Below are positions 1 through 8,709 of a DNA stretch of 64,000 bases, one piece after another. The translations under genes were made by a program, and so were the position numbers. The notes beneath the pieces were generated by a model that was given only the letters and a program-made list of their open reading frames with translations, did not search any database and had not been told where the DNA came from. Position 1 is the first letter of the stretch. Each line of letters opens with the position of its first letter. Source of the DNA: Candidatus Thalassarchaeum betae (lineage in GTDB: Archaea > Thermoplasmatota > Poseidoniia > Poseidoniales > Thalassarchaeaceae); NCBI GenBank assembly GCA_003193925.1, contig PSPG01000002.1:41258-105257 (forward strand). The letters run 5' to 3'.

Positions 1-805
1 CTCTCCTCCTCGCTGCTGCGGCGGCTTGGCCCCCCGTCTTGCGCGGTCCAGCCCTCCTGCGCTGGGCTCTGCGGACCCTCACGTCGTCGCTCGACTTGGC
101 CTTCTCCTCCTCTAGCAGATACAGGAGAGGCTCGGGGATCGGGTCTCCGGCGACGACGAGCGGATGGCTCCGGTAGCGGAAGAGCTTGATGTGCCGGTCG
201 ATGATTCGTCCCAAAGGCGCGCTCATCGTGATGTAGGTGGCAATCCAAGCGGGGAATATCCACATCACCCTGTCGTTGAACTCCCACATCGGCACCCAAG
301 GCAGGCTGACGAAGGCCACTCTGAAGGTCTCCACCTCACTGGCCATCCAACTGAAGATTGCGATGATGAAGACCATCGTGAACATCATCGGCCTCATCAT
401 CGCTGACTGCATGGCCATCTGCTCGGGCATCAGTTCCATCTGCAGCTTCTGCATCTTGTCCGCCCGGGCTGTGTCACGGGCCATCTGGGCCTCTCTGAGT
501 TGCTTACTGACCTGGCGTTGGCGGTGACTGAAATGAGCCTGTCTCAAGGGGTCCATGAAGAAGGACCGGATGATAGTGTTCACAACCATGATGCTGGAGC
601 CGACGATGAACACCGTCGGAACGAAGTACAACGAGTGGAACGGGAGCAGGGGTATGAGGACGTAACCCGCCCCGTCGGCCAATGCTATCCGAAGGCTTGG
701 GTTGAGCATCAGCACCACCATCATCACCAGGAGGAAGAGCATTGGAAGCATCATCGAGGACATGGCCTCGGCCTGCGAGTCGCTGCTGGTGCCCGCTGAT
801 GCCAT
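1..805 (-). CDS. DUF106 / EMC3-TMCO1 (Oxa1 superfamily) membrane protein, 3' end outside window
   Basis: Translated by hand (absent from ORF track): MASAGTSSDSQAEAMSSMMLPMLFLLVMMVVLMLNP...; TM segments, then Met/Gln-rich coiled coil KQLREAQMARDTARADKMQKLQMELMPEQMAMQSAMMRPMMFTMVFIIAIFSWM, then LPW and FPAWIATY; no stop before position 1. Confidence 0.8.
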   Translation of the reverse strand, partial: MASAGTSSDSQAEAMSSMMLPMLFLLVMMVVLMLNPSLRIALADGAGYVLIPLLPFHSLYFVPTVFIVGSSIMVVNTIIRSFFMDPLRQAHFSHRQRQVSKQLREAQMARDTARADKMQKLQMELMPEQMAMQSAMMRPMMFTMVFIIAIFSWMASEVETFRVAFVSLPWVPMWEFNDRVMWIFPAWIATYITMSAPLGRIIDRHIKLFRYRSHPLVVAGDPIPEPLLYLLEEEKAKSSDDVRVRRAQRRRAGPRKTGGQAAAAARRR

Positions 806-874
806 GTACCCTCGCTCCGCCAGAACAGGATGAACGCTTCGGTGGACGCCAAAGGCGTCCAATCGGTTCCGCAA

Positions 875-3466
875 TCAGAGGGAATAACTGCAGACGACGC
901 ATACCGATGCGCCTATTTCCGCCTCGGAACCGCATATTGGGCAGACCTCGCCCCCAGGCGCACCAGCCGCTTCCTCCTCCTCTGGCTCTTCTTCCTGCGG
1001 CTCTGGCTCCCCTTCCTGAGACTCTTCTTCCTGAGGCTCTTCTCCCTCCGGCTCTGGCTCCTCGGGTTCTGACTCTGGCTCTGGCTGTCTGGGAAGTTCG
1101 GGGACCCTCTCCGGGTCCACCCACTCTGGAAGGTTAGGCTCCTCGTCGACCTCTGCGCCGAAGGTGGCGCCGTGGAAGTCCTGAGCGTCAGAGACCTTGT
1201 ACTCCGACTCGGGGTCCCCTTGGATCTCGTATGTCACCTCTATCCTCTCTCCCCGCTCAATCCTGCCAATCTTCCACTCGGTATGGGTCCCCTCGGGGGC
1301 TGCCTCCTTCTTCATGCGCACATCACGCTCGCCGTCAATCGAAGAGCGCACCGTGGAGTCCTCGATCGAGAAGGTCCCGGGAACCACGTCATGTAGAGCG
1401 AGGTCGTCGAGGGCGCTGTCGGAGTTGTTCTCGAACATCAGCAGGACCTCGTACCTGCCGGCGTTGCCAGCTGGAAAGACCTCCTTTCCAGTGCTCACGT
1501 TGCGCCGGCGGTGGACGACTCGCATCTGAGGGGGTCTCTCTACGACCCTGGTCGCCACAGGACCAAACTTCTCGGAACCGAAGTCGGCCCTGATGGGGGC
1601 TGCTAGGAGCTCGTTCGCCGGAGAGGGGTCTGGTGCATGCAGCGGATACCTGATCACCATGGTCTTGCCGGGCTGGAGGCCGAGTGGGGCAGAAGTGCCT
1701 ACGGTGATTCTCAGTCCGTGGCCTTCGCTGTCTGGGGAGATCATCCTCTCTTCCAGCTGAATCCCGTTGATCACCTCTATCAGGTACTGCTCCTCATTGA
1801 GGTCGGTACCCCCGATCTCGATGCTCACGTCGTCCTGCGAAGGGGGGTCGAAGATCCCCGGGACGTCATCCAGCAGACGCATGACGTTAATCGGGGCCGA
1901 GCCGTTGTTCTCAATCGATATCGTAGCCTCGATATCAGAAGGCACGAACGACTTGATCCTAGATTTATCATACTGCTTGAGCAGTACTGCGTCCAGCACG
2001 GTCAGTTTCTGCTCCTTCAAGTCGATCGATCCCCTTGACTCGACGGCCACACGAGGCAGGATGGAGGACCTGAACTCGTGGGTGAAACTGGGGCTGTCGG
2101 CCTCCACCCTCTTCTCCATGGAACTCCAGCTCCCCTCGGGAGGGACGTCCTGACGGAGGTCAGAGATGTCCAGTATCGGATTTTCTCTGCCGGACTGCCA
2201 GACAGTCACCCCCGACAGTGTAACCACGAAGGAGGATCTGTTCTCGAACACGGACTTGCAGTGCCAGATCCCGGGTCTGTCATCCTCGACCTTGTCGACT
2301 CTCATCATGTGTAGGGTGGAGCCGGAGACGCGGTCGAAGTCGGCTCTCGAGACCGTCGCCTCAGCAGTGTAATTCGCGGAAGCGACGCCGGCGGAAATCT
2401 TGTCGACCCCCCCGGTGGTGACTCTGGGCGAGAGGGCGAGCACCCTGCTCTCACCGACGTTGAGCCTGCCGATCTCCCAGGAGATATATGAATCCCCGAC
2501 GCTGTACTCAGGGCCGTCGGGAATGTGGAAGTTGTCCGGGAAGGTCCTGCTGACCTCGACCTCCAAGAGAGGGCCGGGCGAGATGTTCTCGACCTCGAGC
2601 TGCAACTCAATCTCCTGTTGCTCCTCGGAGAAGACCAGTGACAGACTATCCTCCTGGTCCCTCTCCGGGTTGGTGTCGATGGATTCCTTCAGGACCAGCA
2701 TCCGAGGACCGCTGGCGGAGTATGGGATTACCGTGTCCTCGGTGGCCTCGAGCTCCCTCACGGATATCGAGCGCCCTCCGATGTCTGTGGCGCTAGTTGA
2801 TGAGAGTAGTACCTCTATGTCCCATGCCCTGTGCTTCTTGCTTGCGTTTCGCAGTATCAGTTCGCCTTCTATGGTCTGCCGCCTGATCGAGCCGTCGGGA
2901 TTCAGGGTGGAGGTCTCCACTTCGCTCAGGGTGGCGTGTAGCTTGTCGCCCGGGATCGCGTCCACCTCCCTGGCGGACCTCAGGTGGGGAGAGGAAGCCG
3001 GAGCCACTACCGCCTTGGATAGGGCGTCGGCAATGGGGGAGTCCTCTTCAGAGTCCAAGGAGTCCACGGAGGACTCGGGTTCAGCCCAGTCTATCTCGTC
3101 GGCCTCCTGGCTATCTCCCGCACCGCTCAGCGCGGCTAGCGAGTCCTGTAGAGAAGCAGGCTCCTCAGACTCCTCATCCGGGACATCCAAGCCGGGGGGA
3201 GGAGGTGGCGGTGAGTCGGGTCCGGATGGAGTGGGGGAGGGGGCGTCGAAGCCGGGAGGAGGAGAAGGGGCCTCCCCAGGCTCCTCATCAGGCTCACCCG
3301 AAATCTCCCTGTCCTCGAGTTCCATCAAGCCCGGTGGCGGAGGAGGTGGCGAGGGCGCTTGTTCGCCCTCCGAATCGTCATCCTCCTCTTCCTCGAAACC
3401 GGGTGGGGGGGGCGGAGGAGGAGGGAGGGGGAACCCTGAAGGAGGGGGAGGGGGCTCTTCTGACAT
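875..3466 (-). CDS. Large acidic protein: N-terminal poly-Pro region, beta-sandwich core (mu-homology-like / DUF11-like), Glu-Pro linker, C-terminal zinc ribbon
   Basis: ORF 875..3598, likely start MSEEPPPPP at 3466; four PPPG[FL] motifs; C-terminal CPICG...CVVC; no signal peptide or TM seen. Confidence 0.75.
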   Translation of the reverse strand: MSEEPPPPPSGFPLPPPPPPPPGFEEEEDDDSEGEQAPSPPPPPPGLMELEDREISGEPDEEPGEAPSPPPGFDAPSPTPSGPDSPPPPPPGLDVPDEESEEPASLQDSLAALSGAGDSQEADEIDWAEPESSVDSLDSEEDSPIADALSKAVVAPASSPHLRSAREVDAIPGDKLHATLSEVETSTLNPDGSIRRQTIEGELILRNASKKHRAWDIEVLLSSTSATDIGGRSISVRELEATEDTVIPYSASGPRMLVLKESIDTNPERDQEDSLSLVFSEEQQEIELQLEVENISPGPLLEVEVSRTFPDNFHIPDGPEYSVGDSYISWEIGRLNVGESRVLALSPRVTTGGVDKISAGVASANYTAEATVSRADFDRVSGSTLHMMRVDKVEDDRPGIWHCKSVFENRSSFVVTLSGVTVWQSGRENPILDISDLRQDVPPEGSWSSMEKRVEADSPSFTHEFRSSILPRVAVESRGSIDLKEQKLTVLDAVLLKQYDKSRIKSFVPSDIEATISIENNGSAPINVMRLLDDVPGIFDPPSQDDVSIEIGGTDLNEEQYLIEVINGIQLEERMISPDSEGHGLRITVGTSAPLGLQPGKTMVIRYPLHAPDPSPANELLAAPIRADFGSEKFGPVATRVVERPPQMRVVHRRRNVSTGKEVFPAGNAGRYEVLLMFENNSDSALDDLALHDVVPGTFSIEDSTVRSSIDGERDVRMKKEAAPEGTHTEWKIGRIERGERIEVTYEIQGDPESEYKVSDAQDFHGATFGAEVDEEPNLPEWVDPERVPELPRQPEPESEPEEPEPEGEEPQEEESQEGEPEPQEEEPEEEEAAGAPGGEVCPICGSEAEIGASVCVVCSYSL

Positions 3467-3590
3467 GGCGCTAACACCCCGATGGGTGGTCGCGGACGTG
3501 GCTTGGATTGGTATAACCATTACTTGTCGGACACTGAGCCGATGGCAGGGCGTCACGAATGGTTGAAGTTCTCTCGCCCTTGGCGAGAGC

Positions 3591-4433
3591 GTGAGCAATC
3601 AGGACGGGACAGCGCCTCCAGTGCTGTTCGTCGTCGGTACCGCAGGTGCTGGAAAGAGTTCCTTGGTGACTGCCTTCCAACGGTGGGCGCGATTCCTCGA
3701 GGTCGATGTACTCGCGATCAACCTCGACCCCGGGGCCGAGAGGGTGCACTACGACGCGGAGTACGACGTCAGGGACCTCGTTTCGCTGTCTGACGTCATG
3801 GTCGAGTACGACCTAGGCCCTAACGGCGCTCAAATCCTGGCCGCTGACCTGGTGGCGGCACAGGCGACCGAAGTCTTCGACGAGATCGAGGGGCTGTCGT
3901 GCGATCTGCTGATTGTCGACACGCCGGGCCAGGTGGAACTGTTCGCCTTCAGAGAGGCCTCCAACCACCTCGTCAGCGTGATAGGCCAAGGCAGGGCCTG
4001 CCTAATCTTCCTGTTCGACCCGATGCTCTCACGGACTCCGAGCGGCTTCGTGGCGCAGATGCTCCTTTCGGCAATCGTGCACTTCAGGCTGGGGCTCCCT
4101 ACAGCGAACTTCCTCTCCAAGTCGGACTTATTGGAGCCGGAGACCCTCGAGAAGGTGATGGAGTGGGGCGACAACCTGGAGGCGCTGGAGGCCGCGTTGT
4201 ACGAGGAATCGGCCCAGCAAGCCCTCGACAGCCAGTCCGGCAGCCAAAGGGCCGAGTTCGCCATAGGCCAGCTCAGGATGATGCAGCACGCGTCGATACA
4301 GCCTGGCTTGGTGCCCCTTTCCAGTGAGGAGGAGGAGGGACTTGCCGACGTGCTGACCTTCGCACAGTCAGTATTCGGCGGAATGGCTGATGCCAGAGAC
4401 GGATTTGCAGGGGACATAGAGCATGAGAGGTAG
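3591..4433 (+). CDS. GPN-loop GTPase
   Basis: GTAGAGKS P-loop, NLDPG, LGPNGA (GPN loop), DTPGQVELF, SKSD. Confidence 0.93.
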   Translation: MSNQDGTAPPVLFVVGTAGAGKSSLVTAFQRWARFLEVDVLAINLDPGAERVHYDAEYDVRDLVSLSDVMVEYDLGPNGAQILAADLVAAQATEVFDEIEGLSCDLLIVDTPGQVELFAFREASNHLVSVIGQGRACLIFLFDPMLSRTPSGFVAQMLLSAIVHFRLGLPTANFLSKSDLLEPETLEKVMEWGDNLEALEAALYEESAQQALDSQSGSQRAEFAIGQLRMMQHASIQPGLVPLSSEEEEGLADVLTFAQSVFGGMADARDGFAGDIEHER

Positions 4434-5382
4434 TGATTCGAAGCGGGACTTGATGGCGATAGACGATGTGAGCGAGGAGTTGTCCGAACTCATCGCCTGG
4501 GCCATCGCCTTCAAGCACGCGGGCGACATCAACTACGAATTCAAACCGCTTGACGGGATGTCGATAGGCTCGATCTACGAGAAGCCGTCGACGAGGACCA
4601 GAGTGTCCTTCGAAGTAGGTGTGAGCAGACTCGGCGGCCACCCTCTGACCCTGTTGTCTAATGACATCCAACTCGGCAAGAGCGAATCCATCGCCGACAC
4701 CGCAGCCGTCCTCTCACGGTACCTCGACGGGATCACGTACAGGTGCTTCAAGCACGGTGACGCGGAGGAACTGGCCAGACACGCCACCGTCCCGGTGATC
4801 AATGCCCTCTCTGACCTACACCACCCCTGTCAGGCGGCTGCTGACCTGATGACCATAGCCGAGCACGGCGAGAGCGTCAGCGGCCACATCGCTTGGGTCG
4901 GCGATGGCAATAATGTGTTCCACGACCTGCTGCTTGCCGGCGTCGCGCTCGGACACGACGTCTCTTACGCGACGCCTGCGGGCTTCGAGCCCGATGAATC
5001 CGTGATGGATAGGGCTCGCAGGATCAGCGCCACCACAGGTGCCATCATCAGCGGCTCCAACGACCCCGTCAAGGCCGTAAGTGGGGCTGGGGTCGTCTAC
5101 ACCGACATCTTCGTGTCGATGGGAGAAGAGCACATGGAGGGCAAGTTCAACGCCTTCGATGGCTTCCAAGTCAACGAGGAACTGGTTTCGAACGCTAACC
5201 CCGACTACCTGTTCATGCACTGCTTACCGGCGCATCGTGGCGAGGAGGTGACCGATGCGGTCATCGACTCCCCTAACAGCGTTGTCTTCGAGCAGGCCGA
5301 GAACAGAATGTGGGCACAGATGTCACTGCTCACTTACCTCTGCAACGAAACTGCTTGGCACGCATTCAGGGAACTCGAGTGA
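4423..5382 (+). CDS. argF: Ornithine carbamoyltransferase
   Basis: KPSTRTRVSF, HPCQ, GDGNN, SMG, FMHCLPAHRGEEV, QAENR. Confidence 0.93.
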   Translation: MRGSDSKRDLMAIDDVSEELSELIAWAIAFKHAGDINYEFKPLDGMSIGSIYEKPSTRTRVSFEVGVSRLGGHPLTLLSNDIQLGKSESIADTAAVLSRYLDGITYRCFKHGDAEELARHATVPVINALSDLHHPCQAAADLMTIAEHGESVSGHIAWVGDGNNVFHDLLLAGVALGHDVSYATPAGFEPDESVMDRARRISATTGAIISGSNDPVKAVSGAGVVYTDIFVSMGEEHMEGKFNAFDGFQVNEELVSNANPDYLFMHCLPAHRGEEVTDAVIDSPNSVVFEQAENRMWAQMSLLTYLCNETAWHAFRELE

Positions 5383-6288
5383 TCAGGCCAACAGAGAGCT
5401 ACCTAGGAGTGCCGCGAGGCACAAGTACATTGATTTCTTGATCAGCTGCTGAGCGGCATGATCCTCAGAGAGTACCAACTTCGGCTTGGCCAGCATCAGC
5501 ACCACCACAGCCGGAATCACTCCAACAAGGTGCAGTTCGGGAAAGATTCCTATTGCGAAGGGCAGCAGCATCGAGGCGAGAGTGAGCAGGAGGAGCGCCC
5601 AAGCTAATGTGCGGGCTCGTTGTGGCCCGACTTGCATGGCGTAGGTGCTTCTCCCCTCGTCGCCCTCCATGTCCTCGACGTCCTTGACTATCTCCCGAGC
5701 GAGGGTGTACAGGACTCCGATGACGAACATGGCCCACGCACGGTGGTTAAACGGCTCGAACACGCCGGCAGCGCCGAACAGCACGACCATGCCGACGGAA
5801 AGGCTGATGGCGATGTTCCCAGACAGGCCCCTCTCCTTGAGGCGCAGGCTGAACGGGGCCGCGGACTCGTAGTTCGTCAGCAGGAAAAGCGCGCCCAGCC
5901 AAATCGCCAGTGAAGGGTACCATCCCTCAATTCCCCCCACCGTGCCGCTCGCAGTCGCAGCAGCGCCTGCAATCGAGACCACCGAGAGCGTCATCATCAG
6001 GGCTATCCCCCTCTTTGCCGAGGCCTCTGAGATGGCACCGGAGGGAAGCGGTCTGTTGGGTCGGTTGACGCGGTCAATCTCCAAGTCGAGGTAGTCGTTC
6101 AACGCGTTCCACGAGCACATGAAGCTCCAGACCGACAGCGCTTGCAATACGGTAATCAGGGCGAAATCGCCCTCTGGCAGCCCGCCCAGAGCCATCATGG
6201 CCCCCAGGAAGACCCCGAACACCCCTACGGTCGAGTTTCCCGCCCTGAACAGGACCCACCATGGCCCTAGTGCACCGCCTCCACCCAC
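5383..6288 (-). CDS. Digeranylgeranylglyceryl phosphate synthase (UbiA prenyltransferase family)
   Basis: NDYLDLEIDRVNRPNRPLPSG and REIVKDVEDMEGD motifs; multiple TM helices. Confidence 0.88.
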   Translation of the reverse strand: MGGGGALGPWWVLFRAGNSTVGVFGVFLGAMMALGGLPEGDFALITVLQALSVWSFMCSWNALNDYLDLEIDRVNRPNRPLPSGAISEASAKRGIALMMTLSVVSIAGAAATASGTVGGIEGWYPSLAIWLGALFLLTNYESAAPFSLRLKERGLSGNIAISLSVGMVVLFGAAGVFEPFNHRAWAMFVIGVLYTLAREIVKDVEDMEGDEGRSTYAMQVGPQRARTLAWALLLLTLASMLLPFAIGIFPELHLVGVIPAVVVLMLAKPKLVLSEDHAAQQLIKKSMYLCLAALLGSSLLA

Positions 6289-6329
6289 GCCCTGACTCAG
6301 GGCGGCTGGGCCTTCATTCCTTCCCCGGA

Positions 6330-6584
6330 CTAAGCTGTGGCCTGCAATGCCTGCTGGCTGAGGCTCCAGACGCAGACCGTGTAGGTACTGCCTCTGAACA
6401 GCCCGCGGACGTGTCCGACCTTGGAGAATCTCCTGTCCTTGGCAAGTATGTTACCGACCTGGTTCATCGTGGCTCCCCACCGGAACCTGCCGTTCAGGTG
6501 ATCGAAGATCTCGACGGTGTTGGCGGTGTCGTTCTCCTCGAGGTAGACCCGGACCTCCTCACGGAGCCGTCCTGTCCTGGACAT
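6330..6584 (-). CDS. DUF3860-like small winged-helix protein
   Basis: MSRTGRLREEVRVYL...NTVEIFDHLN...GATMNQVGNILAKD...VCVW fits the Thermoplasmatota DUF3860 pattern (from memory). Confidence 0.75.
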   Translation of the reverse strand: MSRTGRLREEVRVYLEENDTANTVEIFDHLNGRFRWGATMNQVGNILAKDRRFSKVGHVRGLFRGSTYTVCVWSLSQQALQATA

Positions 6585-6859
6585 CAGGCCACCACCGTAG
6601 GGGCTGCGCAACTGGCGTGCAGCCTCTCGCGCAGCCCAGCCCAACTCGATGGGCTGACGTTAATCTGCGCGGCCATGCGCGGCATTGGCCCCCATGAATC
6701 GGCCTCAGAGACCACTCCAGCGTAGCTGACCATTGTGGTAGGTGCGGGTTGCGGCACGGGTCCGTTCGTTCTTCGCAGGGTCGCGAGAGAGACCACCCTG
6801 CATGGTTCTGGACGCTTCCTGTAGAGGAGCGTCACTGTGTCGTTCGCTTGTCCGTTCAT
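6584..6859 (-). CDS. Hypothetical protein
   Basis: 91-aa ORF whose TGA overlaps the downstream ATG (TGATG), suggesting translational coupling; no motif recognised. Confidence 0.4.
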   Translation of the reverse strand: MNGQANDTVTLLYRKRPEPCRVVSLATLRRTNGPVPQPAPTTMVSYAGVVSEADSWGPMPRMAAQINVSPSSWAGLRERLHASCAAPTVVA

Positions 6860-6957
6860 GGTGGTATGTCATGACTTCTTCATATCAAGCGAGGCAATAG
6901 TCCCGAGAGGTGAAGGTGAAAGTGAACGGAGACCCCCCATAGGCTCTCAAGGCATTG

Positions 6958-6967
6958 TTTTCTTAAG
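6958..6967 (+). promoter_or_regulatory. Probable TATA box of tRNA-Glu
   Basis: TTTTCTTAAG about 25-30 nt upstream of the tRNA 5' end. Confidence 0.45.
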
Positions 6968-6992
6968 CGGGTGTCCGGTGGCCGGAAAACAC

Positions 6993-7070
6993 GCTCGTGT
7001 AGTGTAGTTCGGTCCATCATGACGGACTCTCGATCCGTCGACCCGGGTTCAAATCCCGGCACGAGCACCA
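6993..7070 (+). tRNA. tRNA-Glu (CTC)
   Basis: Acceptor GCTCGTG/CACGAGC; anticodon arm ACGGA-CT-CTC-GA-TCCGT; T-loop GGTTCAAATCC; encoded CCA. Confidence 0.96.
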
Positions 7071-7125
7071 CTATTGTCTCTCATAACGGTCTTAAGCGGT
7101 CCTTCGTTGGCGTAGTAAGGTCTCG

Positions 7126-8178
7126 ATGCGCGTTGAGCACGATGTGAAGATGACCTTTGACGATGTTCTGATACGACCTAAGCGCAGTACGCTGGTTTCT
7201 AGATCGGATGTGACTCTGTCGAGGGACTTCAAGTTCCGCCATTCCGATGAGATCTGGAGCGGGGTGCCCATCGTGGCGGCCAACATGGACACCACCGGCC
7301 TGTTCTCGGTGGCCAAGGAGCTGCAGGAGCACGGCATGCTCACCTGCCTACAGAAATTCTACTCGACTCGCGAGTGCGCACGAGCGTGGGAAGACGGGGT
7401 GGACCCGGGCTTCGTCGCAGTCACATGCGGCTCCACGGACGAGAGCTTCGAGCTGCTGCAGCGCAAGATGGCGACCGATGACGGGATCAAGATGATCTGC
7501 GTAGACGTCGCCAATGGCTACCGCGAGGTGTTCGTCGAGTTCGTCAAGCGGGTTCGCGACAAGTTCCAGAGCAAGATTATCATCGCCGGCAACGTTGCCA
7601 CCAGGGAGATGACAGAGGCCCTCATCCTCGCCGGTGCGGACATAGTCAAAGTCGGCATAGGACCGGGCTCGGTCTGCACGACCTGCAAAGTGGCAGGCGT
7701 GGGCTACCCTCAGCTCTCGGCCATCGCGGAGTGCGCTGACGCAGCGCATGGCCTGCTGGGTCACGTGATGGCTGACGGTGGATGCTCCTCACCGGGCGAT
7801 GTCGCGAAGGCCTTCGGCGCGGGTGCGGACTTCGTCATGCTGGGCGGCATGTTCGCGGGACACGACGAGTCCGGTGGGGAGCTCATCAAGGGCGATAACG
7901 GCAGGATGTACAAGTCGTTCTACGGAATGTCATCGAGCAAGGCGATGGAGTCGCATTACGGTGAGGTCGCCGGGCACAGGGCCCCCGAGGGCAAGGAGGT
8001 CAGGGTGCCTTACAGAGGGGAGCTCGGCCTCACCGTGCAGTCCGTTCTTGGGGGAGTCAGGTCGGCCTGCTCGTATGTTGGTGCTCGCAGGATCAAGGAC
8101 CTTCCCAAGTGCACCACCTTCATCCGGGTGTCGCAGACCAGCAACGAGGTCTACGAGCGCTTCAACGTCGGGGAATGA
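7126..8178 (+). CDS. guaC: GMP reductase
   Basis: [56 protein letters not shown]; no CBS domain. Confidence 0.92.
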   Translation: MRVEHDVKMTFDDVLIRPKRSTLVSRSDVTLSRDFKFRHSDEIWSGVPIVAANMDTTGLFSVAKELQEHGMLTCLQKFYSTRECARAWEDGVDPGFVAVTCGSTDESFELLQRKMATDDGIKMICVDVANGYREVFVEFVKRVRDKFQSKIIIAGNVATREMTEALILAGADIVKVGIGPGSVCTTCKVAGVGYPQLSAIAECADAAHGLLGHVMADGGCSSPGDVAKAFGAGADFVMLGGMFAGHDESGGELIKGDNGRMYKSFYGMSSSKAMESHYGEVAGHRAPEGKEVRVPYRGELGLTVQSVLGGVRSACSYVGARRIKDLPKCTTFIRVSQTSNEVYERFNVGE

Positions 8179-8182
8179 CCTC

Positions 8183-8662
8183 TCAGATGTCGAAGATGAC
8201 CTGTGCCATCCACCCAGGACCCTCGAAGGCCGGTATGTCGGGCTCTATCCCGGGCACCATTTCCCCGGCGGCTACCTCGCGCAGTGCCAGCTGGTGCAGG
8301 GTCACCGCCTTGACCTCGACCTCGCGCTCGACGAGATCCGAGTCGACCCAGGAGGCCTGTGCTTCGATCCTACCTCCTCCGTCTATCCTGATTGCCGCCT
8401 CAACGAGCCACTGGCCTTCGGCGGAGCCGCGATAGAGGACCTCCTCAAGCCACAGTACCATCCCGCGCTCGAGGTCCCCCCCGGGCGCTTGGACGACCCA
8501 TTCGCCGGTCGAGCGAGGCAATGTGGCGAGTGCGGCGGCGCCGTTCTCAGACAGCTGGATTGATTGGAGGCCCATGGTCGCCTCGAGGATCGCATCTTGA
8601 GCCGCCATCGAGAATGCACGCAGGCCTATGTCGGCCGTAGTAGGCAGAATCCACCAAGACAC
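8183..8662 (-). CDS. Archease (RtcB activator)
   Basis: TADIG near N-terminus, EVKAVTLHQL, C-terminal AQVIFDI; likely GTG start at 8662. Confidence 0.85.
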   Translation of the reverse strand: MSWWILPTTADIGLRAFSMAAQDAILEATMGLQSIQLSENGAAALATLPRSTGEWVVQAPGGDLERGMVLWLEEVLYRGSAEGQWLVEAAIRIDGGGRIEAQASWVDSDLVEREVEVKAVTLHQLALREVAAGEMVPGIEPDIPAFEGPGWMAQVIFDI

Positions 8663-8709
8663 GGTCTCACCGACCCGTCCGAGCGGTCCATCGTGCAAGA
8701 ATGCAGGGG

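Noticed and set aside
2400-3566. 388-aa Ser/Gly-rich plus-strand ORF and many similar 60-360 aa overlapping ORFs
   Set aside because: These are antisense or off-frame shadows of real genes, expected in high-GC DNA, and carry no motifs.
7126-8178. IMP dehydrogenase (guaB)
   Set aside because: No CBS domains, and the KRSTLxSR and VANGY motifs fit GMP reductase.
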